Positions 10,473 to 22,263 of a DNA stretch of 64,000 nucleotides are shown here, piece by piece. Position numbers and translations under genes: made by a program. Each line of letters begins with the position of its first letter. Positions within the stretch are counted from its first letter, which is position 1. The notes beneath the pieces were generated by a model. That model had not been told where the DNA came from and searched no databases. It saw only the letters and a list, made by a program, of their open reading frames with translations. Location of the stretch: contig OZ024743.1 of NCBI GenBank assembly GCA_964016885.1, positions 334,924,001 through 334,988,000 on the forward strand, given 5' to 3'. Origin of the DNA: Eledone cirrhosa. Lineage: Eukaryota.

Positions 10473-13135
10473 AATTATTATTATTATTATTGTACTTTGA
10501 GTCTCAGTCATTGATGTTAGTTAACTGGAAAGTTTGTTGAAATGAATATCAAGCCACTACCTGCAGCCTCAGATATTCAGGTTGTATCGGAGGGTTGTTG
10601 CTGTTCCCAGCAAGCATGCTTTTTGAAGCGTTCCAAAAAGCGTGAAGGGGCCAATTTTCTTTAACCATCTCTGGAAACGTTTCGAGATAGTACCTAGTGG
10701 CAGTTCCAAATCCTTTTTACCTCCCACTTTAAGTCCTGGTATCGGTTAATCCCCCCCCTTCCTTCTCTTGCACTCTCGGAATTTACTGCACTTATGGCAT
10801 TCCTACTGTTCAGATGTGACTTTAATACGCTCCTTACTCTCCGAATATATTCAGTTCTTATCAATTCCTTCGTTCTTTTGTTCTTGATGTCATCAAACTC
10901 CAGAACACTCAAATACTCGTATCCTTCTTCAGAGTCAATTTCCTTTATCATCTCACCTGTTGGTACCTGGATTCCGTTACTTCTGCTCAACTTACCCCTC
11001 TTCATCACAATGACTCCACACTTACTAATACCAAATTGCATACATATATCATTGCTGAAAATACGGACAGTGTCAACAAGCACATCCAACTCCTTCTCAC
11101 TCTTCCCGAAGAGCTTAAGTTCGTCCATGAAGAGGAGGTGATTGATGGTAAGCCCTCCCTTTCCCAACCCGTATCCTGCTCTCACTTTTCGCAGTACACT
11201 GGTCAGGGGCAACAGGGCAAGGACAAACAACAGAGGGGACAGACTATCTCCCTGGAAGATACCTCTCTTGATCTTCACGCTTCCCAAGGATTCTCCAGTT
11301 GATGTTAACTCTGTTTCCCAGGACTTCATACTTTTGCCCAACAACTGTCTGATGTTATCTGCCACCTTGAAGATCTCCAGGCTTTTGGTGATCCAAGAAT
11401 GAGGCATCATGGCAAATGCCTTTTTGTAGTCTATCCATCCCATGGCAAGACCAGTGTGTCTCCTCTTGCAATTCCTCATTACCATCTTATCAATAAGTAA
11501 CTGGTCCTTTGTACCACGTGACTTCTTTCGGCATCCTTTCTGTTCGTCCGGTAACAAGTTGTTTGTGTGGAGGTGATGGTAGATTTCCTCAGACATAATG
11601 CTTGTCAACAGTTTCCATATTACGGACAGACATGTGATAGGTCTATAGTTGGTAGGATCATTACCCTTGATTCGGTCTTTCATTATCAGAACTGTGGTAC
11701 CTTTTGTCAACCACTCTGGTACCTCACCTGACATCAAGCAGTCATTGAACATGGTTGTCAGTTTCGGGTGGAGGGATGTTATATTTTTAATCCAATACCC
11801 CTGCACACCATCTGGGCCTGGTGATTTCCAGTTGGTTAGTTTTTTGGCCTGCCCCTTTAAAGTTTCAACTGTGATACTCAAATCAGTTTGTTGGTGTGCC
11901 TGTTCACTAATCTCCTTCTGTACTGTCTCAACCCACACTGCCTGGTCATTATGTTTAACATCCTGCTCCCATATTCCTCTCCAGAATGTTTTAGTTTGTT
12001 CCGCCTCAGGGATCAAGTCGTTGCCTCTTTCTTTCCCTTCAAGCTGTCCAAACAGCATCTTCTGGTTGTTCTCGAACATGCGGTTCTTTCTATACTGACT
12101 GACTCTGTTCTCGTATCGCCTGATTTTTGCACTCTTTGCTACAATGCGTTGCTTCAGTTCCTCTACGATAATATTTAGCTTTTTGCTCCTAGTTTTGTAC
12201 TTTATTTCCAGTCTATTTTTAGTGTCTATGTTTTTTTGTGTCCCATTCAGTAGGGACTCAAGCTTTCCAATGTCATTTCTTATTTCCCTGATTTGGCCAC
12301 TCAGTCGTTTCTTCCACCAAGGTTTTGATCTTTCTTGTCTGTTGTTTCCTCTCGCTTTTATACCAAGTAGTTTCCTCACCGTATTTGCTGTTGCTTTGAG
12401 GATATTATTGCACTGGTGAAGGCTCCTCGCCTCAAGGTATGTGATCACTTTGTTGACCTTAGCTGTTGTTTCTTTTAACTTTTTCCTGTCTACTAATCTT
12501 AGGTTCATAGGTCTCCCACTATCATTGTTCAATTCATCTACCACTAAGTTCAGGATATCAACCAAATCTTGTCCTAGCCCGTCAGCATTCATCTCCTCAG
12601 TGGCCGTATTATTTATCTCAGCATTCAGATCATTGTCTGCTTCGGATTGTTCCTCCGTTCTCTCAACCTCTTTACCTTCATTTCCCACTGGCTCGTTTGC
12701 CTGGCATAATCCACTCTCCATTTCCAACCTAATCTCTCTGCTCAGTTCCTCCAGTTCCAGCTCGCTTATCCACCCATTAGTTCTTATTACCCGAGCCTGC
12801 CCGGCCAATTTTTGTTCATCTAATTTAAATAGACCAATCTCGTTCCAGATGTTATGCATCCGTTTCCTATAGCCTTTCTCCTTGGGGTTACTCTTCAGGT
12901 AACATTGCATAACAGTTCTATTCAATTCTTTCGTCCAGTTGGTTCTGGTCCCTTTCCTTCTTCTTCTTCCGCCGACACCAGCAGTATTTGGTTGACAGCC
13001 AGGTCCCTGCTGCTGAGCCAGGGAGCACCTGTTGGGTGAGAGTCTGTCACATGACATTCTAGTCTCCATTTCACCGTTATTCGAACTGTTTAGGTTCGAC
13101 ATTTAAACACTCTTATCAAGGATTGGCGAATGTAT
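10473..13135 (-). mobile_element. R4/Dong-like non-LTR retrotransposon, internally deleted, (TAA)n 3' tail
   Basis: 802-aa ORF followed by a remnant C-terminus (LQKACLLGTA) and (TAA)n at 10473-10490 on the minus strand. Dong elements are known to target TAA repeats. Confidence 0.88.
10694..13102 (-). CDS. R4/Dong-like reverse transcriptase ORF, probably inactive
   Basis: WKSPGPDGVQGYWIK, NYRPITCL, EQKGCRKKSRGTKDQLLIDK, GIFQGDSLSPLLF, NHLLFMDELKLF (catalytic DD reads DE). The post-RT region appears deleted at AVNS/ESAREG. Confidence 0.88.
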   Translation of the reverse strand: MSNLNSSNNGEMETRMSCDRLSPNRCSLAQQQGPGCQPNTAGVGGRRRRKGTRTNWTKELNRTVMQCYLKSNPKEKGYRKRMHNIWNEIGLFKLDEQKLAGQARVIRTNGWISELELEELSREIRLEMESGLCQANEPVGNEGKEVERTEEQSEADNDLNAEINNTATEEMNADGLGQDLVDILNLVVDELNNDSGRPMNLRLVDRKKLKETTAKVNKVITYLEARSLHQCNNILKATANTVRKLLGIKARGNNRQERSKPWWKKRLSGQIREIRNDIGKLESLLNGTQKNIDTKNRLEIKYKTRSKKLNIIVEELKQRIVAKSAKIRRYENRVSQYRKNRMFENNQKMLFGQLEGKERGNDLIPEAEQTKTFWRGIWEQDVKHNDQAVWVETVQKEISEQAHQQTDLSITVETLKGQAKKLTNWKSPGPDGVQGYWIKNITSLHPKLTTMFNDCLMSGEVPEWLTKGTTVLIMKDRIKGNDPTNYRPITCLSVIWKLLTSIMSEEIYHHLHTNNLLPDEQKGCRKKSRGTKDQLLIDKMVMRNCKRRHTGLAMGWIDYKKAFAMMPHSWITKSLEIFKVADNIRQLLGKSMKSWETELTSTGESLGSVKIKRGIFQGDSLSPLLFVLALLPLTSVLRKVRAGYGLGKGGLTINHLLFMDELKLFGKSEKELDVLVDTVRIFSNDICMQFGISKCGVIVMKRGKLSRSNGIQVPTGEMIKEIDSEEGYEYLSVLEFDDIKNKRTKELIRTEYIRRVRSVLKSHLNSRNAISAVNSESAREGRGGINRYQDLKWEVKRIWNCH

Positions 13136-13489
13136 GGTTACATAACCACCGGTGATTTCATCACCTCCGGTGATTTCGTCACTTCACGTGATTTTTGTGT
13201 GGCATTATCACGCTGTAGACGAACAAAAATAAACAAACGAACAAACAGCCAAAAACCCCCCCAAAAATGAATAAGCATAAGTTTCATTGTAATGTTATGT
13301 TTGAATGTCTGACTTTTCCCTTCCCTTCTCTGTCCGTCTGTTTGTTTTTCTCTTCATTTTTCTTTTCTTTACGTTTTTCGTTGTTGCTGTGCTGCTTTGA
13401 TTTTGATTTTTGGTTTTTTGATGTTGACCGGGTCATCAATTCAGTCTATTTATATATTTTGATGCCTTCCTCTTTTAGTGGGGACACTA

Positions 13490-13990
13490 CGATGTAGCAG
13501 GGGGTAGCGGGAGAGAATAGCGGCGGTAGTGATAATGAGGCAGTGGTGGTGGTGGTGTTGGCGGTGCTGTGCTAGCAGCAACTAGCAGGAGGTAGTGGGA
13601 GAGAATAGCGGCGGTAGCGATAATGAGGCAGTGGTGGTGGTGATGTGATCGTAGTACTGTAGTGATGGTGTTGAAGTTGGAGTAGAAATAGCGGTTGAGT
13701 CGACTTGACCAGAGTTTTCATCGTGGTAGTGGTGGTAGTGTTGGTGGTGAAATTATCTTTAGTTATTTAGTGATTTTGTCATTTTCCTCCTGATCCAAAA
13801 TTAAATATTAATCTTGTTTATTAATATTGTCTAGTGATACCGCCACCTTCCCCTTTCGTAAGTTAACAGAAGGTAATGGGGGGATAGCGGTGGTAGCAAT
13901 GAAGGAGTTGTGGCGGCGGTGATTGGATAGTGGTAGTAATGATGGATGGGTGGCGGCGGCGGTGGCTGTAGTGATGGCGTTGTCGTTACT
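13490..13990. repeat. (GGT/GTA/GGC)n-rich low complexity with a ~50 bp direct repeat
   Basis: gggagagaatagcggcggtag..gataatgaggcagtggtggtggtg occurs at ~13509 and ~13597. Confidence 0.7.
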
Positions 13991-14527
13991 GAGTTTTGTT
14001 GAATAAACTGTATTTTTGTTTGATCGGTGAATCTATAGGGTTAGTCGCGTATATGTGTTGACATATTTTCTTAATATTGGAATTAAACATTTTGTTAAAA
14101 CTTGAGACAATAATAATAGTAATTATTATTATTATGCTGAGATTGCTGGTGGTGGTGGTGAAATTGCCGTTATCTGGCTGTTGTATTTAGTGTACACAGA
14201 GGGGTGATGGGGTAGGTGGTGTATGTAGGTTCTAGTGTTGGTGAAATTGCTGTTATTTGACTGTTCTATATAGTGTAGACAGAGGGTGTGTTCTTCCATT
14301 TATAACCCTTTTCTGTTTTGAATATAAAATGTATAATACAAAATTGAATATTTGAGCGATATAACAATATATTATGGATCCGAATTTTTCTGAGACTTAA
14401 GTCGGATGCTTTATGTATCATTTGTACTAAGAATTGTTATTTCACAATTGATTTAAATATGTTAAAAATCAAAACTTACGGGAGCGATTTCACGACCTTC
14501 TATCCACCATGTGCATCTTCTTCCCTA

Positions 14528-14616
<89 letters not shown>

Positions 14617-15162
14617 TCATTATTATTATTATTATATATATATATATACGATTTAAGTTAGTTTGCTTACCAATAGCTAGATCTGTTTTTTCTGATTGGT
14701 TAATCTGAATCTGATGTAAATCCGAACCCTCGGTGATATCTAAAATAAGAAAATAACCGCTTTTATTTAATAAGTTATAGTCGTCTTAATATTGCAACAT
14801 TAGTATATTAGTTTGTATTTTTTTTAACCCCTATTATTTGCTAGACGGTATTTTTATAGCTATGTACCAATTAAGTCCTGTCACGGCAGATTGACCTGTC
14901 TGAAAGGTGACCGATCGATTAGAATCTTTAGATTTCCACGAAAGCATTGCCATAAATATGATTAAGGAGTGGCATTCTCTGGGAAGAATATCTGTGTTGC
15001 CACTTGACGGCACATACCTGCTCCCACCAGCCCTAGAAGCTGACATCAAGTAGCATTCGAAAACTGCCTCCTCCCAATACAACAGTTTTTTACAGGCACC
15101 CTGCATCGAATTTGCAGTTTTCTATTCTCTTTTCTGCATTATATATTTGGGTTTAATATATA

Positions 15163-15347
15163 GGGCGGTGAATTGGCAGTATCAGTAGATAGTCGGACAT
15201 GCTTTCCAGCATAGATACATCCCTTTGCGATCTGAGTTCAACTCCCGCCGAAGCTAACTTTGCCTTTTATCCATACGGGATCGATAAAATATAGTACCAG
15301 CAATGAACTGGTTAATTGTTGGCCTTATGCCAAAAGTAGAAACAATT
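15163..15347 (+). mobile_element. tRNA-derived SINE (Meta-domain-like core) with target-site duplication
   Basis: A-box-like tggcagtatcag, B-box gagttcaactccc, core gccttttatccatacgggatcgataaaa. Flanking duplication attatatatttgggtttaa at 15138 and 15345. Confidence 0.85.
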
Positions 15348-15629
15348 ATATATTTGGGTTTAACGTACCCTGTTATGTAATTCTGGGGAAGTTGCCTTAT
15401 GAGATCGTTCTGTCTTGCAACATATTTGGATGGTGTAGCTGGACCATAGAATTATGTATAGTGATTTCACGGAATTAAATTTTTAGAGAAATTTTTATCC
15501 TGTTTTTCTCCAAAACATTTTCTGTTCTCTCCTCTTATAACGTTATATTTCATTTTCTATTTCTTCACGAAGAACTAATTCCCGAAACCTAAAGATTTTT
15601 ATGCTACTATATCAACATTTTTTGGAATC

Positions 15630-17641
15630 GTATTTACTATATAGAGAGAGAGGAAGGGGAGAAGAATTAGGAAGTAGAGGGACAAACGGGGATGGAGGGA
15701 GGGGTAAAGATGGAAGGATTCCTCGATCAGTTTTGATTCGTAGACTTGATGTCGTCAATTTACAGTGTAGGGAGTTAAAGATAATTAAATCGTTTATAGT
15801 AGGAGAGAGATAGAGAAGGGGGAGGAAATAGAGAGATAAATATATATATATATAAAAAAAGAGGGAAGAGAAAAAAAAAGAAGAAAAGAAAAGAGAACAA
15901 AAAAAGGGGATAGAAGAAAATAAGAAAACGAAAAAACAGAAAATGAATGAAGGAGGAGAGAGGGACATAAGTATTGGTTACTCTGGGTAATTAAAGGGGT
16001 TAGATTCAATAAGAGGGTAGAAAGTTTAAGTATATTCAGTTTGTCAGGTGGTAGTATTAGGAGGTTAAGGGTTCGATTTGCACTTGTAGTGCGAAAACTT
16101 TTCTTTAAGTCTATGGTTGCAATAAATTAATCTTTCAATTTTATTGTTGAGTAACTTATTCTTCGAACTCAAAATGTGAAACAGTTCAAGGTCACATAAC
16201 CGAGAGCTTCTCATACCACTCCGATATGCAGGCGCGTTCGATAGTTTTTTTTCCAATTCAGGGTGTATTGATGGTTACTTTCCCTCAGTTGCCAGGTCTT
16301 GTTCGCAAGGGTAGTTACATAACGATGCTGGGAATGTTTCATTGCGTAACGATGGGTATACCAACGAGCTTTAACTGTATTCCCAGTCGCCCCGATGTAA
16401 TACCACTTCTGATTGTCTGATTCGACCGTGCATTGGTAAACCAGGTTAGAATGCATACATTCATTACACAATGGATATGTTTCAGGTAGGTCGCAGTTAC
16501 AATTCTTGTCATGGTTCTTCTAGTGGGTGGTTGTGTATTAGATATTCTGTTGTGTTCGATGGTAATTGTATTGTTATTGTTATAAATTTGTGTTCCGGTG
16601 TTGTTACGTATCTTTTTAGCGTTGAGCATCTTAATGTGTGCATCTCTGTTTGGTGCAGTGGAGTAAGATAGTCTGATAGATGTAATGTTAGGGATTTTGC
16701 TGTATCTATGTGAATCTGGAAAGTGCTTATTTATTATTCTAAAGAAGGTAGCGGGTAGGTTGGTACCAATAGAGGTGTTAAATATGGGGTTATACCAAAT
16801 ATATTTTCTACTGCGTGACCTCTTTGATTTTGATGTATTTCTATTTTCAGTTTAATTGTTAGTTCTAAACTTAAATGGGTGTGTGCGTGTGTTTCTGGAG
16901 TTTGTGTTATGCCTATTCGTGTGTGCTTTGCGGAGGCTTTCATCTATATATTCTACTCTATCTAGGTGACCTGCCTTATCTAGTGTGGTATTGTAGTAAT
17001 CCGCGTGTTCCTCAAAGATTTGTCGGTTAAACGAGAGGCGGGAGATCCTAAGGGGTATGCTGCGTGGAACGGACTTAATTATGGAGATTGGGTGGGTCGA
17101 ATTACAGTTGATGTATGCTAAGTTTTCATTATTCTTGTGAAAAGGTCTTATAAGTCCCGTAGTTAGGTTAAGCATCGCGTCTAGAAAGTTAACTATTTTA
17201 GTGCTATATTCATACGTTATGCTAAGGCTTAGTTTCTCGAGAGTCTTTTTAATATTCTTGTGCAGCCTTTCTATGCTCTGGTTATTTGGGTTCTTAACTA
17301 GAAAAAGGGCGTCATCTCTGTAGATTCCACCATGAAGGTAGCTAAATTCTCTGGGCTATGTAAATACCTACTAAATCCGTGACCTGAACCGAGTCATTAG
17401 CCCCCATCGCGATGTCAAAGTCATCTAATCTATCCTTACGTTCCCAATATTCGTTTTCAAATTCAATTATTGTTTTCCTAGCAGTTAATATAATGTTTAT
17501 CTCGTCGTCTGTCAGGTCAAAATTGGCTTTGACGAATGCTAAGGCTTTATCCAAGGTATTGGGTTATATAGAGGAGTAATAGTCGTTAATGTCAAATTGT
17601 ATAAACTTAGATACTTTTTTGTTAGCTATACTGTTAAACCA
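15630..17641 (-). mobile_element. Degenerate 5'-truncated PLE (GIYRDD-type RT + GIY-YIG), related to the 41-46 kb family
   Basis: KFIQFDINDYYSSI, ILTARKTIIEF, FDIAMGANDSVQVTDLVGIY, GGIYRDDALF, VNFLDAMLNL and NLVYQCTV..YYIGATGNTVKARW, with stops and frameshifts. Confidence 0.88.
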
Positions 17642-17890
17642 ATTATTATCGAGTGGCTGCTATTTGCAGTATAGCGATATAAGGTTGCGCTTACCAATGA
17701 AACAGTCGTGAATACCTGGACAAAATCCTTTTTTAATGCTTACCTATGTTTTCTCTTTTATTCTTTATACTCCAAGATTGAACGTGTTTTACTAACCACA
17801 TTCTTGCAAACTTGTGGAGTTACCGCTAACTGTACGATGGAAACCGTCGAAGAAACTGGATTACAATAAGCAATTGTTTGGTTCCCTAAC

Positions 17891-17942
<52 letters not shown>

Positions 17943-18664
17943 CAATATTCTGCTTACCTAACTATATATATATAAAAAATATATGGAGAATAGGATTGGC
18001 TATGTGGTTGCTAGTTAAGGTAGGCTTGAAATTGGAATGAGAATAAGAAGAAAGCAAGAACGGGTGGGGGGGGGGGGCATCAGTTGTCTAGTGGGGATCT
18101 CGGATATTTCAAAGCTTTAAAGACATTATATCTACCGCCCAGAGCGTTCAATAACTGGGTAAGTTATTGGGAAAACGAAGGAGGGAGGGAAGGAAAATAG
18201 AAGGGAAAGGGAAGAAAAAACAACACCGAAAGAAACAACAAACCGAGCAATGTGCGAGCAAAGGTAAGAAAATCGAAGACCAAAACGATAACTGAACTTA
18301 AGTTCGGGAGCGTGTGGGCGAACGAAAAGACACGACAAGTTTAAGTGAGAAAAGGACTGCTAGAGGTTCGGGCGAGGGAAATAATGAAGTGGCTGGATGA
18401 GAGTGAGTGAGGGAAAATGAGAGGGAGAAAGGGAGAGGAAGAAAGAGGGGGAAGAGTAGATAGTAATGAATATATACATGCATACCGTAATTCCCGGCGT
18501 CGAAGAGGGTACTTTTTCCCTAAAATAAGTCTAAGAAAATCTACCACGCGTCCTGGGGGCCGAAGGTGGTTTATTATATTTTTTTTCAAATTTTTGGTTG
18601 TCAAAATTAGTGTGCATCCTCGATTCGGCGCTGTGAAATACGGTGTATATATATATAAATATAC

Positions 18665-18760
<96 letters not shown>

Positions 18761-18840
18761 GTATGTGGAAGAACTCATAAGAGTCAACGGCCATCCGAAA
18801 GTGTGTAAATATGTAAATACACATGTATAGCGCGATTAAA

Positions 18841-19050
18841 CCACTGGGAGTGAAGGACTCCTAGCCTTTGACAGAGCATACTTCTGGGAGAACGCAACTC
18901 AGGAAACTGGGATAACTCCGATATAAAACCTGTTTATCACTAGTTAACGATGATGTTGATCTTTTCTTCTTATCGGATTATAGCTACTATCGCTCAGAGA
19001 GTGGGATTGGCTCAGTGAACAGTCCTTCCTCACTTTAATAAATATCTTCA
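18841..19050 (+). mobile_element. Fragment of RTE-type 5' UTR
   Basis: gactcctagcctttg...aactccgatataaaacctg resembles the minus strand of 29455-29516. Confidence 0.45.
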
Positions 19051-19079
19051 GCCACAGGCATTGCACGATAGAATTAATT

Positions 19080-19256
19080 AATTGTTTCTACTATTAGCAC
19101 AAGGCCAGAAATTACCCAGTACATTACTGGTACTTTATTTTATCGACCCCGTAAGGATGAAAGGCAAAGTTAACCTCGGCGGGATTTGAACTCAGATCGT
19201 AAAGGGACGTAACTATGCTGGAAAGCATGACGTCCGACCCTCTACCGATACTGCCA
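19080..19256 (-). mobile_element. tRNA-derived SINE, same family as 15163
   Basis: Reverse complement matches 56107-56287; flanked by gaattaattaat on both sides. Confidence 0.85.
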
Positions 19257-19289
19257 GAATTAATTAATAATTATTAATAATAATGGTAT

Positions 19290-19345
19290 ATCGTGCAATG
19301 GCCATACTCGATAACGAGGGGGCAGCCATCATGTATGTATGTATA
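19290..19345 (+). mobile_element. Solo RTE 3' terminus with (ATGT)n tail
   Basis: cgtgcaatggccatactcgataacgagggggcagccatcatgtatgtatgt is the reverse complement of ~29742-29786. Confidence 0.75.
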
Positions 19346-20410
19346 TTTATATATTTATATATATAATGATAATTGCAAAGGCCAGACGTAGATATTACTA
19401 ATTTAATAAAATGAATTATGAATAAAACATTTTTAATAGAAGATAAATAAATAGAAAAAATACATAAATAAAAAAAAACAATAACTAAAAAAAAAAAAAA
19501 AAAAATCATTATATGAAACTAATAAAAAATCATAATCGAATTATTTTCTCGTATATTTTCCTATAATTATATTTATTGTATAAGTCATATATAATTAGAT
19601 ATTACATACTTAGATATGACATACTTAGATATTACATATTTAGATATAGCATAATTATATATTACATGATTATATATTACACAATCCACGTTTAACATTT
19701 CGAATTTCAAATTGTTAACCCTTCAACTTTAATCTATTAATATATTTAATATATTAATATATTTTCTTTATTAATATTTACATGTGCGGTCAGCAGAATG
19801 AATTGTGTTATCTTGATGGATGTCAGTAGTGGCTATGGGAGGTGGATACATGCTTCCATTCGAATCCTACTATGTTATTACTGGTGACCTCACGATTATT
19901 GGCGAAAGGTCATTTTATTGCATTAGCGAAAGGTCATTTTATTCGGTGAAATACAACTCGATGATCAACATATCAAAGGCGAAATATCTTACCAACTGTG
20001 AAGGATGAAGGACTATGACATAGGTCTGTGAGGCTTGTCATGAAAACCATTATCAGGTTGTAAACTAAATACAGAAAGTAGATTGAGTAGTGGCTAGTTA
20101 ATCAACCCAAAACTTCGACGTTACGAGCAGGTGTAAAGTGAACTTAGCATTCATAAGAGGGCATACTCTCATAGAACCAGCATCGAATTTGTTCATCCTA
20201 TTGTCGATGGTTTGCATTGCATTAGAAATGTTATATATCAACCTTATAATGCTGTCTGAAGAAGACGTGTTGGTTGTTGCATGATGGCAGCATTATCAAT
20301 GTCACAAACATATATTTATTTCGAAACTAATATACTTCTTCATTGTGCTGCCTAGTCTACTTTGCTTGTTTACCTTTCTCATACATATATTCTTTCACCT
20401 CCAACCTCGA

Positions 20411-20553
<143 letters not shown>

Positions 20554-20752
20554 ACATATATATATATATATATATATATACTCTATATATAGAATATTTT
20601 AGTATCGTAAGAGAGTAGAGATTTAAAGGGATAAGTGATACAGATAGTTGATTGCCAAAAGCTGGTGCATTTGTGCTCAATACTTGTGCCTACAGGGTTA
20701 AATATCAGAGGCGTTAATATTTAGTGGGCGAGAATATAAGCAGAGCGGTTAC

Positions 20753-21867
20753 AAATGAAAGGATTACAAAGGAGAATATATACTGTTAGAACATGTTTAT
20801 ACAAAAGCACCTACGTACGTTTCGTCCGAAAAGGGCTTCTCAAGGGCATACACATCTAGAGAGTGTTCAGTATAGAACTCAGAACGGGTTTTAAGAAGAT
20901 AATCACATCGAAATTCATTCTTGATTCAAACAGACATGGTTGTTATTGTCACAGAGCAAGGGCAGTAACTCTGCCCGGTGTTTGAATAAATTTCCCTAAA
21001 TGGCTTATTATCCGTTCACATGATGGTTGTTTTCCACTACTGTTTTATGGGTGCCACTTAACTGTTGCCTAGTTGAGCCGGATCTAAGAGGCATAGTTGG
21101 TGTACAGTTATGCAACCTGCTCGCCGGTGCGTTATGGTTTGGTGCAAGGGGACCCAGTTTATGGTGTTCATGTATCAACTGGGGTTCAACCATATAATTA
21201 CTGTTGTATTCTGTGTCAGCAGTTTATCACAGATTCTGCTCTGCTGTTGATGAGCTCTGGGGGTGCTCTTACGATATGGTAAAGTTCCATGAGGCAGGGC
21301 TGGCAATTCCTCTTGAAGTTGTACGGTTTTGCCCTGCTGACAATTTTCCAGTATGTAGAGAAGTTAATGTTGGAGTCTTTCAATGTTGTGATTTAGTTGG
21401 CGAGTGATGTAGAGTATCTTAGATTCTTGTTTCTAAAAGAGTGGAGATGCGTTCGATATCTAGTTTTGAACGAGCCAGAGGAGGCCCCTATATAATGCTT
21501 AACGCTATTATGGCTAGTTAAGGTGCACCTATTAATACCATTGTCTGTCAGGCAGCTTCCAGCTCGACTAGGCAACAGTAAAGTGGCACCCATAAAACAG
21601 TAGTGGAAAACGGATAATAAGCCATTAAGGGAGATTTATTCAAACACCGGGCAGAGTAACTCCCCTTGCTCTGTGACAATAACAACCATGTCTGTTTGAA
21701 TCAAGAATGAACTTCAATGTGATTATCTTCTTAAACCCCTTGTGGGTTCTATACTGAACACTCTCTAGATTTGTATGCTCCTGAGAAGCCCCTTTCGGGC
21801 GAAACGTACATAGGTGCTTTTGAATAAACATGTTCTAGGAGTATGTATTCTCCTTTGTAATCCTTTC

Positions 21868-21871
<4 letters not shown>
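20753..21871 (-). mobile_element. 5'-truncated PLE (GIY-YIG only) with inverted copy of its 3' UTR
   Basis: HYIGASSGSFKTRYRTHLHSF..YSTSLAN at 21190-21555; inverted arms 20753-21082 and 21558-21871. Confidence 0.87.
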
Positions 21872-21931
<60 letters not shown>

Positions 21932-22002
21932 GAAGTAATTCCGTCTGAGAGGTCCAGGAAAAAAGAGTGCGCAATGTAGCTTACAGGGCTTATTAGTTAT
22001 AT

Positions 22003-22190
22003 AATAAACAACATAAGATAATTATTTCATTTACCAGTGGTTTCTTGAAAGCAAACAAAATTTGCTTTCAGTCATCAAAATGAAAATGTCCTGGTGTATT
22101 TATTGACAGTGAATTTTAAAAACAAAAATATAATCTATATGAAAGTGAGGCTGGAAAAGGAAGAAGGAAAGGAAAAAGAATAAATATACA
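22003..22190 (-). mobile_element. PLE-type 3' end with hammerhead (22025-22085, core reads TTGATGA)
   Basis: Inverted near-identical copy of 26733-26916. Confidence 0.8.
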
Positions 22191-22197
22191 CACACAC

Positions 22198-22255
<58 letters not shown>

Positions 22256-22263
<8 letters not shown>

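Noticed and set aside
13103-13190. HDV-like ggcgaatg motif and ccggtgatttc repeat upstream of the Dong ORF
   Set aside because: The motif is antisense to the element, and no partner terminal repeat was found.
14834-15106. Possible host exon (also 50907-51190 and 27700-28350)
   Set aside because: No recognisable domain or convincing splice context; probably decayed repeats.
15163-15347. tRNA genes at the SINE heads
   Set aside because: A/B boxes are followed by a shared SINE core and tail; no full cloverleaf.
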